Origin: Shigella phage SH7
Direction: 5' to 3' (one strand)
Length of the DNA stretch: 64,000 nt
Sequence record: KX828711
The position numbers were made by a program, and so were the translations under genes. This document shows, one piece after another, positions 39,364-49,247 of the stretch. The stretch's first letter is position 1. Each line of letters opens with the position of its first letter. The notes beneath the pieces are model-generated. The model saw nothing but the letters and a program-made list of their open reading frames with translations, did no database searches and was not told where the DNA came from.

Positions 39364-41177
39364 TGGTGTTTAACCCTATGCATGATTTCTTTATTTTTGC
39401 CGAGATTAAATCCGCGTTCGTTCGGATTTCCCAAATAACCACATGTTCTTCTTATTGTATTCATCTTTTTAGGATCAGTTTCTCCACAAATAGAACAAAC
39501 AAATCCGTTTTCAGTAGGAGTCATCTCATGGGTACTTCCACATGTAAAACATTTATCTACTGGCATATTAACACCAAAATAATCTAAATGTTGTGCAGCA
39601 TAATCCCATACAGCCTCAAGACCTTTTAAGTTATTTTTCATATCAGGAAGTTCAACATAAGAAATGTGACCACCTGTCGCAATGAAATGATATGGCGCTT
39701 CACGAGAAATCTTTTCAAACGGAGTAATATTTTCTTCTACTGAAACGTGGAAACTATTAGTGTACCATCCTTTATCGGTAACATCTTTTACACTTCCATA
39801 TTTTTCGGTATCAAGTTTACAGAAGCGATAGCACAGGTTTTCAGCAGGAGTAGAATACAAACTAAAAGCAAAACCAGTTCTTTCAGTCCACTGCTTAAGA
39901 CGAGCATTCATTTTAGTTAAAATTTCCTGTCCAATATCACGACCGACAAGAATATTCAATTCGTGAATACCAATGTATCCTAAGGACACTGAACTTCTAC
40001 CGTTTTTAAATAACTCAATTATATCATCATCGGGTTTAAGACGAACCCCGAATGCACCTTCTTGGTAAAGAATAGGAGCAACAGTAGCTTTAACTCCTTT
40101 TAAGGAACTAATTCTACACATCAAAGCTTCAAAACACAAATCCATTCGCTCATTGAATAATTCAGTAAATTTCTGTTCATTGAACTGTGTTCCAATATAA
40201 GAATCTAACGCAATGCGAGGAAGATTCAGTGTTACAACGCCAAGATTATTACGTCCATCAAGAATTTCATTACCAGTCGAATCTTTCCATACGCTCAAGA
40301 AACTACGACAACCCATTGGAGAAACAGGAATAGATGAGCCGGTGATAGCTTTATTGTTCTTAGCTGAAATAATATCAGGATACATTCTTTTGCTTGCGCA
40401 CTCTAGAGCAAGCTGCTTAATATCATAGTTCGGATCATCTTTATAAAGATTAACACCCTCTTCAACGAACATAACAAGCTTAGGGAAAATAGGAGTTATC
40501 CCATCGCGACCCAGGCCTTTAATACGATTTTTCAGAATTGCTTTCTGAATCATTCGTTCAGTCCAGTCAGTTCCCGTACCAAATGTAATTGTTACAAAAG
40601 GAGTTTGTCCGTTTGAACTAAAGAGAGTATTTACTTCATATTCATAAGCTTGGAATGCATCGTATACGTCTTTTTCTGTTTTAGATTGAGCATAATTCAA
40701 CGCATCGGCGATTTGCCATTTTTCTGCATCCTCAATGTGTTTTGCATAGGTGCGTTTAACATAAGGAGAAAGTACTTTATCTACATTCGCAAAAGTCGTT
40801 CCGCCGTATTGGTGAGAAGCAACCTGTGCAGTAATTTGTGCCATAATTGCAGTAGCAACGCCAATTGATTTAGGAGTTTCAATCTGTGCATTACCAAGCT
40901 TAAATCCGTTTTCAAGCATTCCTTTTAAATCTACTAAACAGCAATTAGTAAATGGAAGAGCAGGGGAATAATCAATATCATGGAAATGGATAATTCCGCT
41001 TTCATGCGCTTTCATAATAAAAGACGGGACCATATTTTTGGCAATGTGTTTAGACACAATACCAGCCATAAGGTCCCGTTGAGTTGGAAAAACACGAGAA
41101 TCTTTATTAGCATTCTCGTTTAAAAGGTCTTTATTAGTTTTATGAATTAATCCTTCAATTTCTTTTTCAATTGTCAT
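39360..41177 (-). CDS. nrdD: anaerobic ribonucleoside-triphosphate reductase, uninterrupted (no intron)
   Basis: 605 aa; C-terminal Zn ribbon CFTCGS...CSICG and glycyl radical motif RTCGYLG. Confidence 0.9.
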   Translation of the reverse strand: MTIEKEIEGLIHKTNKDLLNENANKDSRVFPTQRDLMAGIVSKHIAKNMVPSFIMKAHESGIIHFHDIDYSPALPFTNCCLVDLKGMLENGFKLGNAQIETPKSIGVATAIMAQITAQVASHQYGGTTFANVDKVLSPYVKRTYAKHIEDAEKWQIADALNYAQSKTEKDVYDAFQAYEYEVNTLFSSNGQTPFVTITFGTGTDWTERMIQKAILKNRIKGLGRDGITPIFPKLVMFVEEGVNLYKDDPNYDIKQLALECASKRMYPDIISAKNNKAITGSSIPVSPMGCRSFLSVWKDSTGNEILDGRNNLGVVTLNLPRIALDSYIGTQFNEQKFTELFNERMDLCFEALMCRISSLKGVKATVAPILYQEGAFGVRLKPDDDIIELFKNGRSSVSLGYIGIHELNILVGRDIGQEILTKMNARLKQWTERTGFAFSLYSTPAENLCYRFCKLDTEKYGSVKDVTDKGWYTNSFHVSVEENITPFEKISREAPYHFIATGGHISYVELPDMKNNLKGLEAVWDYAAQHLDYFGVNMPVDKCFTCGSTHEMTPTENGFVCSICGETDPKKMNTIRRTCGYLGNPNERGFNLGKNKEIMHRVKHQ

Positions 41178-41647
41178 TTTAAACTCTTTCTAAGCTGCTT
41201 CTTGAATGAAGCTATTAACTGTGTTTTGGTATCAGATTCATTATATTCAAATCCTCTTTGAAGCATCTCGGCCATCATTTCCTCTTTTCCTAAACGAGAA
41301 AATTCCTTTGATTTATCTCCAACAAAGTTAGGGTGAATATTATTTTGGGTGTAATCGGATTTTAAATAAGTAAGTAAATTTTCTAACCATTCAAGATAAT
41401 CAACACCTTGTCCCTTTAAGCCAGAACGATTAAATTTATGTTTCATTTGACCTTCTGCGGCATTACAGAGATTGCAAAGCAATCCACGCACCTTTCCTGC
41501 TTTTGGTCCATTTAATTCATGGTCATGGTCAAGATGATTAGCTTGAACATCAGGATTTAGTTCTCGTTGGCAAATTAAGCATTTACCGTTTTGTGCATCA
41601 TAAAATTTCTGTTTTTCTTCTTTATATAATTTGCCAGTCAATAACAT
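41174..41647 (-). CDS. 49: endonuclease VII (Holliday junction resolvase)
   Basis: 157 aa; Zn-binding CLICQ...HLDHDH...CNLCN. Confidence 0.8.
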   Translation of the reverse strand: MLLTGKLYKEEKQKFYDAQNGKCLICQRELNPDVQANHLDHDHELNGPKAGKVRGLLCNLCNAAEGQMKHKFNRSGLKGQGVDYLEWLENLLTYLKSDYTQNNIHPNFVGDKSKEFSRLGKEEMMAEMLQRGFEYNESDTKTQLIASFKKQLRKSLK

Positions 41648-41689
41648 AATAAAACCCTTACCTTAAATAGATAAGGGTATTTATTATTT

Positions 41690-42193
41690 TCAAGTATTGT
41701 AAAACATTTGATTCAATCGCTTATATTGCCGAATCTTTTGGTCAGAAAAAGAAATTTGAGTTTCAAGCCATTCAATGTATTCTGCGGCAGCTTGCATCAA
41801 GTTACCTTCATAGCCATCGTTATTTTCTTGCGCAGCTAATTTAGCTAATGCGTATGGAATACGTTCACCTTGAAAATCGGCTTTAGGCTTCTGAACAACT
41901 TGATTAGTTCTCTCTACAACTTCCTCGATTTCACCATTTTCTACTGATTCAGTATTCCACAAGCACCAATACGTAATTGGCTTATCGTAGATGTTAATAA
42001 TCTTTCCATCAGAAAGTTCAATTTCAATAATTCCAGTATCAGGCTCTATATCATCTTCACATTCTTTTACAAGTTCACGAACTTTAAAGACAGTACCTGC
42101 ACTAAGTTCCGGCCAGTAATTACATAGCCCTGTATCAGCACGATTAATTCTAAACCACTTATCTACTGTAATCATGTCCCATCTCCATATCAA
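41690..42193 (-). CDS. hypothetical protein (pin / 49.1 position)
   Basis: 167-aa ORF. Confidence 0.4.
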   Translation of the reverse strand: MIWRWDMITVDKWFRINRADTGLCNYWPELSAGTVFKVRELVKECEDDIEPDTGIIEIELSDGKIINIYDKPITYWCLWNTESVENGEIEEVVERTNQVVQKPKADFQGERIPYALAKLAAQENNDGYEGNLMQAAAEYIEWLETQISFSDQKIRQYKRLNQMFYNT

Positions 42194-42298
42194 TTAAGTC
42201 ATTTATCGTTGGTTCATTATATACTGTTTCTTCATCAGTGTAAACCGGTTCTTCCGGCTCTGGCTCTACAGTTTCCCATCTAGCCGCCCACCAAGGTT

Positions 42299-42619
42299 TT
42301 ATAGCGTAATCCATTCTCGTACTGTCTGAGTTACTACACGTTCTCGAAGCTCAACCAGTTCAACAGTAGGAACTGCATAATACCAGTCAGAATGGTAAGA
42401 ACCTGAGCGAGATTCATTTACAGCCACATGAACGTTATGTTTTGGACTAAAATAAACACACTGACGATATTGACATTTACCATCTTGCACCCAGTCTTCT
42501 ATTTCGATAGGTTTAAGATAGTCGGAAAAATCGAAATCATAGTTTTCCGAAAATGCATCATGGTCTTCAATGATTTCGCTCAGAACTGCATCAACATCTA
42601 ATTTATTTTCAGTATTCAT
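42299..42619 (-). CDS. hypothetical acidic protein
   Basis: 106-aa ORF. Confidence 0.4.
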   Translation of the reverse strand: MNTENKLDVDAVLSEIIEDHDAFSENYDFDFSDYLKPIEIEDWVQDGKCQYRQCVYFSPKHNVHVAVNESRSGSYHSDWYYAVPTVELVELRERVVTQTVREWITL

Positions 42620-42630
42620 TTTTTCACCAA

Positions 42631-43020
42631 TTAATTTCGCAATTTATTAAGTTCTTCATAATCAATCCAGGATTCTAATCCTGATGGCAAATCAGATTCA
42701 ATTTCCCAAAGAAGTTCTTCAATTTTATGAAGACGATCTAATTCTTCGGCTGGAATAGTAACCATTGACGGAGTTCTTGATACACTAATATCGTAAATCA
42801 TATTTACCCCCAGTTTGACCATACAATCGCCGTATTTCCACTTAGAAATAGACTTTTCACCATTAGAATAATAAACTTCGAGTTTAGCACGATTATTTTT
42901 AATTTGAATAACCTTGGCTGTCATCAAAGTTCCATACCCATAATAAACTGCAACTTCATCACCTACATATACCGCGCTTCCGCGGTAATCATGAATATAG
43001 TCAGTTCCTTCGAGCATCAT
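42631..43020 (-). CDS. hypothetical protein
   Basis: 129-aa ORF. Confidence 0.4.
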   Translation of the reverse strand: MMLEGTDYIHDYRGSAVYVGDEVAVYYGYGTLMTAKVIQIKNNRAKLEVYYSNGEKSISKWKYGDCMVKLGVNMIYDISVSRTPSMVTIPAEELDRLHKIEELLWEIESDLPSGLESWIDYEELNKLRN

Positions 43021-43280
43021 TTAAAATATTCTCGCAGTTGGTCAAATCCACCAATATGACTTCCATCAGGAGCAAATACCTGGGGCATTGTCAAGCCGAT
43101 TTGAGTATCACGACCTAGTTTAGTCAGAAGCTCAGCGATTTTCTCATCATCAAAAACACCTTTTTCCGGCATAATGTTGATAAATTCAAACGGCTGTTTC
43201 TTCACGGTCAAAAGACGTTTTGCATTATCGCAATACACGCATTTATGGATGTTGCTATCATAACCATATACTTTAAACAT
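43017..43280 (-). CDS. nrdC: thioredoxin/glutaredoxin
   Basis: 87 aa; CVYC active site; recognised. Confidence 0.8.
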   Translation of the reverse strand: MFKVYGYDSNIHKCVYCDNAKRLLTVKKQPFEFINIMPEKGVFDDEKIAELLTKLGRDTQIGLTMPQVFAPDGSHIGGFDQLREYFK

Positions 43281-43281
43281 A

Positions 43282-43524
43282 TTATTCCTTAATTCCTAGT
43301 ACTTGTTTAAAAGTCTCGTCGTAATCAAGACTTTGGCCCGTTTGTTCTTTATGTTTGTATATAATATCACTTACTTCTGATAGCATATTTTTATATGAAC
43401 GAGTTAAAGCAGATTTAAGCACGCTGTATCTATCAGGAAATTTACCATGTTCATTATAATAAGCTATTGCTAATTCACGGACTGCCTTTTCAGCAGTCTC
43501 CATATATTCTTTACGCTTGGTCAT
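43282..43524 (-). CDS. small hypothetical protein
   Basis: start at internal Met MTKRKEYME. Confidence 0.35.
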
Positions 43525-43825
43525 TTTCTTCTCGGTCAAATCGGTGTTTACAATGACGACATTTATAACGAAGATTACTAGTCTGCCAATGGACCAATTG
43601 CACCTGTTCAGTTCCACATTCAGGGCAATTAGGAACGTTTTTAGAAGCACGTTCGCGGCGTTCAACCATGACCATTACAGAATCCCAATTAACAGGAGGG
43701 CTATAATCATCACAACCGTGAATCTTTCCACGCATTTCCAGATCGTCTTCTTCACCAGCCATAATAATTTTAATTAGACTAGAATTACTTGAAGCTGCAA
43801 TGTCTTCTAATAGACGCTTTTTCAT
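43511..43825 (-). CDS. zinc-ribbon protein
   Basis: 104 aa; CPECG...CRHCKH. Confidence 0.45.
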
Positions 43826-44751
43826 TTCAATACCTCAATAGCATTACGTAAACCATTTGCTTTTGCATTAAGAGCTTTTAACAATTTGGTGTGTTCTGCA
43901 ATCTGGGCTTCAACTTCAACCAGTCGAGATTTGAGATATTCGCGTTCTTCGCTCAAGTTATCAACCTTTTCTACTTTAGGTTCTTTTACAACTGGCTTAT
44001 ACGTATTAGGGTCCTTCAGTTTAATTAGAATGCGTGAACTGTATAACATTGAACCATTATCTTCGGTTTCATCATACATTTCTACTACGTCCATAATTTT
44101 TAACATCATGCGAAGTTTATAAGACAACGAACGAATAGTTTTGTTGTGCTTATTAATTTCTCTAGCTGTCATGGTGCCGAGATTACGTGAGTAATAATAA
44201 GGAACCTGGATATTAATTAATACTGATGAACCACCCGGCTTGTGTGTTACTTCATCAGCAATAACCCAGTCCTTAACATGAACTGTATTTGTACGGTCAT
44301 CGCCTGCGGTAAATAGTTTACGAGCATGCTTAAAAAGCATATTCACTTGGTCATTGAATTGACAAGCGAATTTATCAGCAAATTTAGTTTCAGGAATGGT
44401 AGATAACCAATCAGCCAAATGGGTCTTTTTAACATCGTTAACAATAGTAAATTCAACCAAATCGGTTATAGATGTCGCAGATTTAATGAAGCTCGGCTTC
44501 ATAAAGTTTTCAATGTTATCACGAGCTACAGTAGAAGATAACATACGAGAACGTTTAAACCATTCAAGCAAATTGCCTAACGAATGAGAATAAGCGTTCT
44601 GTGTATCTTTACAGATATGATTTTCCTGGCCAACATATTGAAGGAAATCACGAAGAATATTATTGATTACTGCTCTGTGTCCGATCTGATAATTACGGTG
44701 TTTAGTAATAAGACTGTCAAAATAATCAATATAATGTTTACGAGTTTTCAT
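43822..44751 (-). CDS. paralog-array protein 1 (309 aa, C-terminal coiled coil)
   Basis: ORF; heptad-like tail EREYLKSRLVEVEAQIAEHTKLLKALNAK. Confidence 0.5.
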   Translation of the reverse strand: MKTRKHYIDYFDSLITKHRNYQIGHRAVINNILRDFLQYVGQENHICKDTQNAYSHSLGNLLEWFKRSRMLSSTVARDNIENFMKPSFIKSATSITDLVEFTIVNDVKKTHLADWLSTIPETKFADKFACQFNDQVNMLFKHARKLFTAGDDRTNTVHVKDWVIADEVTHKPGGSSVLINIQVPYYYSRNLGTMTAREINKHNKTIRSLSYKLRMMLKIMDVVEMYDETEDNGSMLYSSRILIKLKDPNTYKPVVKEPKVEKVDNLSEEREYLKSRLVEVEAQIAEHTKLLKALNAKANGLRNAIEVLK

Positions 44752-44803
44752 GTTCTTCTCACTTGGTTAATGATTTATACTCCGAGCCATCCTTGGCTTT
44801 AAA

Positions 44804-45805
44804 TTACTTAATTAACTGTAAAGCTTGTTCCAAACGATCAAGGCGATTAACAGATTCTTCCCAAATCCTTTTAGCCTGCTCATATTCTTTCTGCGCTTTA
44901 TTAGAAATTTCTAGAACTTCTTTATAAGCTTTTTCTAGTGCAATAACTTCTGGACGAATTTCTACCGGTTCAGGTGAATCGTCAAGATTATCCATTAGTT
45001 CTTCAAGGGTAGTTTCTTCTTTAGGAGTATTCACAATTTCATCACATTTTTGCTGGTAAATTTCTTTATCAGTCGGTGAGTACGCACACTTTACTTCACG
45101 AAGACTAATTATAATTTTATATCCTTCCCAACCGCATATATTCTTAAAAGGATATGTATGAATATTTTCTACTGTTTCCATACAAAGTAATGCGGTCTCT
45201 AATTGACGAGTTATAGTGCTAGCAATTGAGAAAAATTTATTAATGTTCTTTTGGTTAGTTTCTGGTGTAAAAAATCCATAATTCACAAAAATAGCTACTT
45301 TATTTTTATCAAGTTCATATTCTTTTATGATAATCATATCAGAAGCCAAAGGATGAATTTGACGATAATCGCCATAACATAATTTAGAAGCTGATTTTAG
45401 AATTTGTTTCTTAAAAAGTCTGAAATTACTAATCCAACGACGAGTAAAAATATTCTCAGGGTCTTCTTTATTATTAAGATGATAAGAATTAACATCACCG
45501 AACCAATTATATCCTACTACATCTTTGGTTCGTTTAATTTCTTTCCCAAAATTACCAAGAATATCCCGATTAACCAAATATGAAAGAAGACGAGACTCTT
45601 TAAAGGTTTTCTTGATAACATCTTTATCTACACGGCTAGAAATTTTACGAATTTCATGAATAAATTTAGTAGAAGAAACAATACTTGCATCAACACTATT
45701 GAGCCATTGATTGATAATAGAAAGAACGATATTTTGACCAAACATCGGTATAGCTTTATCATCAATAACGCTATTGAATGATTTGATATATTCGTTACGA
45801 GTCAT
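44804..45805 (-). CDS. paralog-array protein 2 (about 333 aa, C-terminal coiled coil)
   Basis: start at Met 18 of track ORF; shared motif NFRLFKKQILKSASKL. Confidence 0.5.
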   Translation of the reverse strand: MTRNEYIKSFNSVIDDKAIPMFGQNIVLSIINQWLNSVDASIVSSTKFIHEIRKISSRVDKDVIKKTFKESRLLSYLVNRDILGNFGKEIKRTKDVVGYNWFGDVNSYHLNNKEDPENIFTRRWISNFRLFKKQILKSASKLCYGDYRQIHPLASDMIIIKEYELDKNKVAIFVNYGFFTPETNQKNINKFFSIASTITRQLETALLCMETVENIHTYPFKNICGWEGYKIIISLREVKCAYSPTDKEIYQQKCDEIVNTPKEETTLEELMDNLDDSPEPVEIRPEVIALEKAYKEVLEISNKAQKEYEQAKRIWEESVNRLDRLEQALQLIK

Positions 45806-45833
45806 ATTAATCTCCTCAGTAGAAAGTAAGAAC

Positions 45834-45863
45834 ATTATACCACATCCTTGTGGCAAAGTAAAC
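45834..45863 (-). promoter_or_regulatory. early promoter (TTTACT, 17 nt, TATAAT)
   Basis: sequence. Confidence 0.55.
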
Positions 45864-46885
45864 TAGTTCAGTGCATTTAGTGCATTGTTCAGTTTAGAAC
45901 GTTGCTTTGTCAGATTTTGAACCCTTGACTGAGCTTGTTCTAACACCTTTTCAGCTTCTAGCACTTCATTAGTTGCTTTAACGAGTTCATCATCTACTGC
46001 CTTGATAGACTTCTCAATCGCATCCGCGTGCCATTTTTCAACAGGTTTAAGACTCGGATTTTCAACAGGAAGAAAATTCGCTTTATTGAATTTCCATGCA
46101 TCCTTATTACCTGAACTATACATCCAAAATTTAGGATCGTTTGATGAGTAATTGGATAAATTTAAAATATCTTGCACTTCCTGCTTTTTCTCTTGCGGGA
46201 TTTCGTCCTTTCTCAAAAAATCGTATTTAAATGAAACGATCATATCAAGTTCATATGTTGTTGTGTCTAATTTAAATCGTTCGAAATGCTGTGAAATCTT
46301 AGACTGAACTGCAGCAACAACATCCATATACTTAAATGCTTCTGTCAACTGCGATTTAAGGCATTCACAAATTGAAAGAGAATTTTTTGTATTAGGTTTA
46401 AAGCTAATTCGTGCAGTTCTATTATTTTCTTTTAATGGTCTTACTTCCATCTGAAGAGTATAACCATCAAATTTCAGATTCTTTAAGTTAATATCAGAAC
46501 CTTTTAATCGACTAGCCGTCGACAAAATTTGCTTTAATTGTTTACGGAATAGAGCAATAAATCTCCATTCAATACGATAATGATTTGGATTGAAAAATCC
46601 AGATGATAAATCGACCTTACTCTGACCAACGCCTTGAACAAATAGAGGATTTTTATAATCAATAGTTTTACAGAAATCGGTGAGCTGTTCACGAGCAGTC
46701 ATTTGCGTAATATACCCCGCTTTACTAAAATGACGTAACCATTCACTGCTATTCAGATGTTTAAAGGCGTGAATGGAACAATTAACTTTACCAAGGTCTA
46801 AATTATTTTCGCACAAAAATGTCATAGCATCACGAGTATAGCTGGCATTACGAACCATATCTTCAATTTGAGAACGAGTTTTCAT
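45863..46885 (-). CDS. paralog-array protein 3 (340 aa, C-terminal coiled coil)
   Basis: shared motif RFIALFRKQLKQILSTASRL. Confidence 0.5.
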   Translation of the reverse strand: MKTRSQIEDMVRNASYTRDAMTFLCENNLDLGKVNCSIHAFKHLNSSEWLRHFSKAGYITQMTAREQLTDFCKTIDYKNPLFVQGVGQSKVDLSSGFFNPNHYRIEWRFIALFRKQLKQILSTASRLKGSDINLKNLKFDGYTLQMEVRPLKENNRTARISFKPNTKNSLSICECLKSQLTEAFKYMDVVAAVQSKISQHFERFKLDTTTYELDMIVSFKYDFLRKDEIPQEKKQEVQDILNLSNYSSNDPKFWMYSSGNKDAWKFNKANFLPVENPSLKPVEKWHADAIEKSIKAVDDELVKATNEVLEAEKVLEQAQSRVQNLTKQRSKLNNALNALN

Positions 46886-46893
46886 AGTGTTCC

Positions 46894-47799
46894 TTAAGAT
46901 TTAAGTAAATCAACAATTTTAATTAATTTTTCACGCTCAGATTTAGCTTTACTACTCAGTCCAGATAGTCTGAAAATTTCATCATCATATTGTTGAATAG
47001 AAATATTCAGCTCTTCAATTTGCTTATTAAAATAATCAATTTGCTCAGAATGTTTTTCGTTACTACGAACTGGTACAGGTTTTGTAGGCAATTTAGTTGA
47101 ACTGGATTCATCCGGGCGATAAATTAAAATACAACTTGAACCAATAGGGCATTTTGCACCAGATGAATATTCTAATGTTCCGGCTTCTTTTAAAACTTCA
47201 AAAGCTAAACAGAGATGATGCCCCATATTAACATAATCTGTAGAGCGAGCTCTGATATAATAATCATCTCCACGAGTACTAAATTTAAAGCATTTAAGGT
47301 CTTCTGTATTATTGGTCTTAAAAATCATTTGTTTATCTAGACCTTTAGCTAATCGAGCGCCTAATGCTAATAATCGTCGTTGATTTTCCCACAAATCTGC
47401 GATCATTTGGTCAAATGATAATTTCGGCATTAGTCGGCCATAAAGGTCATATCCTTTATTATAATTACGAAGAATTTCACTCGCGTTAATACGAGACAAT
47501 GCTCCAATTTTATTAAGGGCTTTCATAATGCGATTAGATAAACTCATTCCAGACCCGTTTGTTCGCTGTAAATGTTTTTCTAATCCAAATCCAATATCAA
47601 CTTTAAATTTATCTAAAATTTCTGCATGAACATCTCTGTCAATAACATTCAAATCCAAAGTTGAGTTAAATCTATGAAAAAATTTATCTGGCTCTCCACG
47701 ACGAAATACAGTCCATTCATTCATCATTTTTTTATTAACTAAAGATTTAATTACTGCATTGACATTATTAATTACTACTGACATATTTTCCTCACTCAA
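46894..47799 (-). CDS. paralog-array protein 4 (301 aa, C-terminal coiled coil)
   Basis: weaker motif match NQRRLLALGARLAKGL. Confidence 0.45.
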   Translation of the reverse strand: MSEENMSVVINNVNAVIKSLVNKKMMNEWTVFRRGEPDKFFHRFNSTLDLNVIDRDVHAEILDKFKVDIGFGLEKHLQRTNGSGMSLSNRIMKALNKIGALSRINASEILRNYNKGYDLYGRLMPKLSFDQMIADLWENQRRLLALGARLAKGLDKQMIFKTNNTEDLKCFKFSTRGDDYYIRARSTDYVNMGHHLCLAFEVLKEAGTLEYSSGAKCPIGSSCILIYRPDESSSTKLPTKPVPVRSNEKHSEQIDYFNKQIEELNISIQQYDDEIFRLSGLSSKAKSEREKLIKIVDLLKS

Positions 47800-48200
47800 T
47801 TTTCAATTTTACTAAATACGCAGAATATGATGGAAAAGACTATATAAGCACCGCACACAGATTGAACTAATACCATTCCAAAGAACCAAACAATATTATC
47901 AAACAATGTCTGTTTTACGTCGAAAGGACGTAAACTTACAGTAATATTATCACCTTTTTCTATTGAAGAATACATCTCTGGGGAAATATATTCACTAAAT
48001 CTATAACCGTCTTTTAGTTCATATACGGCAATAAACGATAAACTAGACCCTTTTCCTTGTGTTCCCGTAATGGTATTAACTACAGTAACATCATAATCTT
48101 TATAATGCATATAATCATTAATTGCGTAATAACCATATGCAACTACTGCACATAAACAACATATCAATAAATTCAATCTTTTAATTACCAACTGTTTCAT
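47796..48200 (-). CDS. membrane protein (two TM)
   Basis: 134-aa ORF. Confidence 0.45.
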   Translation of the reverse strand: MKQLVIKRLNLLICCLCAVVAYGYYAINDYMHYKDYDVTVVNTITGTQGKGSSLSFIAVYELKDGYRFSEYISPEMYSSIEKGDNITVSLRPFDVKQTLFDNIVWFFGMVLVQSVCGAYIVFSIIFCVFSKIEN

Positions 48201-48255
48201 AATAATCTCAATTAAAAGGGCTTAGAACCATTATACCATCCTTGGTATAAAGCGG

Positions 48256-48783
48256 TTATGCGAGTACCGTCTTTAACCGTTCTTCAAACTTCCGAAGAGT
48301 ATTCTGGCGTTCAGCTCTTTGCTTTTTGTAAGTTTCAATACGCTCTGAAATGAGAGTGTATCGTTCATTTACTGATTCTTTCATAAAATCAGGAATTTCA
48401 CGAGAAGCTTTAATCTCATCAAATTTATCAATAACAGCTTGCTCTTCAGCAATTAAGTTATCATACATCAAAATATCTTTCTTGATGAACTCAATATCTT
48501 CTTGAGTTACACGAGATAATTTAGATGCTTTATCCTTTTTGTACTGTTCGTTAGTATCACGAGACCAGTGTAATGTACGATTTTTATTCGTATTCTTATA
48601 AATTTCTACAATACCAATCTCATCAATAATAACGATCCAATTCCAACGGGATTTGTAAATTTGTCCTCCATCAACAGTGATTTCACCTCCGATTGAGATG
48701 TCATTAAAGAACTTGCTTTGTGCTTCAGATTTAAATTTACCATCGTTGTAATTTACCAGGTTGAAAATATCTTTAGCGTTCAT
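48256..48783 (-). CDS. hypothetical protein
   Basis: start at Met 21 (MNAKDIF); upstream residues are translated promoter. Confidence 0.45.
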   Translation of the reverse strand: MNAKDIFNLVNYNDGKFKSEAQSKFFNDISIGGEITVDGGQIYKSRWNWIVIIDEIGIVEIYKNTNKNRTLHWSRDTNEQYKKDKASKLSRVTQEDIEFIKKDILMYDNLIAEEQAVIDKFDEIKASREIPDFMKESVNERYTLISERIETYKKQRAERQNTLRKFEERLKTVLA

Positions 48784-48811
48784 TTTGTGTTCCTCCGTAG
48801 TTGATAGTTGT

Positions 48812-48841
48812 ATAGTACCACAGAGGAACGGTCTTGTAAAC
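48812..48841 (-). promoter_or_regulatory. early promoter, conserved TGGTACTATACAACTATCAACTA core
   Basis: near-identical to copy at 24080..24109. Confidence 0.6.
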
Positions 48842-48843
48842 AA

Positions 48844-49146
48844 CTAAAAGAAACTTCTTTCACAATTTTTTCCACTGAACCACGCACTCACTGCTTTCTT
48901 AGTCTCAGGAGCAGTGTTATCCATAAACCATTCAAAGGCAGCCTTTTTATGATTCTGGAGGGCTTCTCGGGCTTTAATCTGCTCACGGTCTATTAACACT
49001 AACATATGAGCCTTTCTTGTCACCAGGGGCTTCTTATGATTTTTTGAATACTCCCAATCATTTGTCCATCGCATCGTTGTTGCGAATTGAAGTACAGCTT
49101 CCTTAATCTTAGTTTCGTAAATTTCACGAGCCTTTGAGTATAACAT
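48844..49146 (-). CDS. hypothetical protein
   Basis: start at MLYSKAR with GGAGG SD. Confidence 0.4.
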   Translation of the reverse strand: MLYSKAREIYETKIKEAVLQFATTMRWTNDWEYSKNHKKPLVTRKAHMLVLIDREQIKAREALQNHKKAAFEWFMDNTAPETKKAVSAWFSGKNCERSFF

Positions 49147-49247
49147 CACTACCTCCATTTACCAGTTTAATTCTAATCATCTTTTTGATGGCAGTCCATA
49201 TAATCTATTTCTGAACTGCCTTTTTGTCATAGAAGGCCTCTTATGAA

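Noticed and set aside
39360-41177. Group I intron or homing endonuclease within nrdD
   Set aside because: The nrdD ORF is continuous at 605 aa with the Zn ribbon and glycyl-radical motif intact, and no inserted ORF is present.
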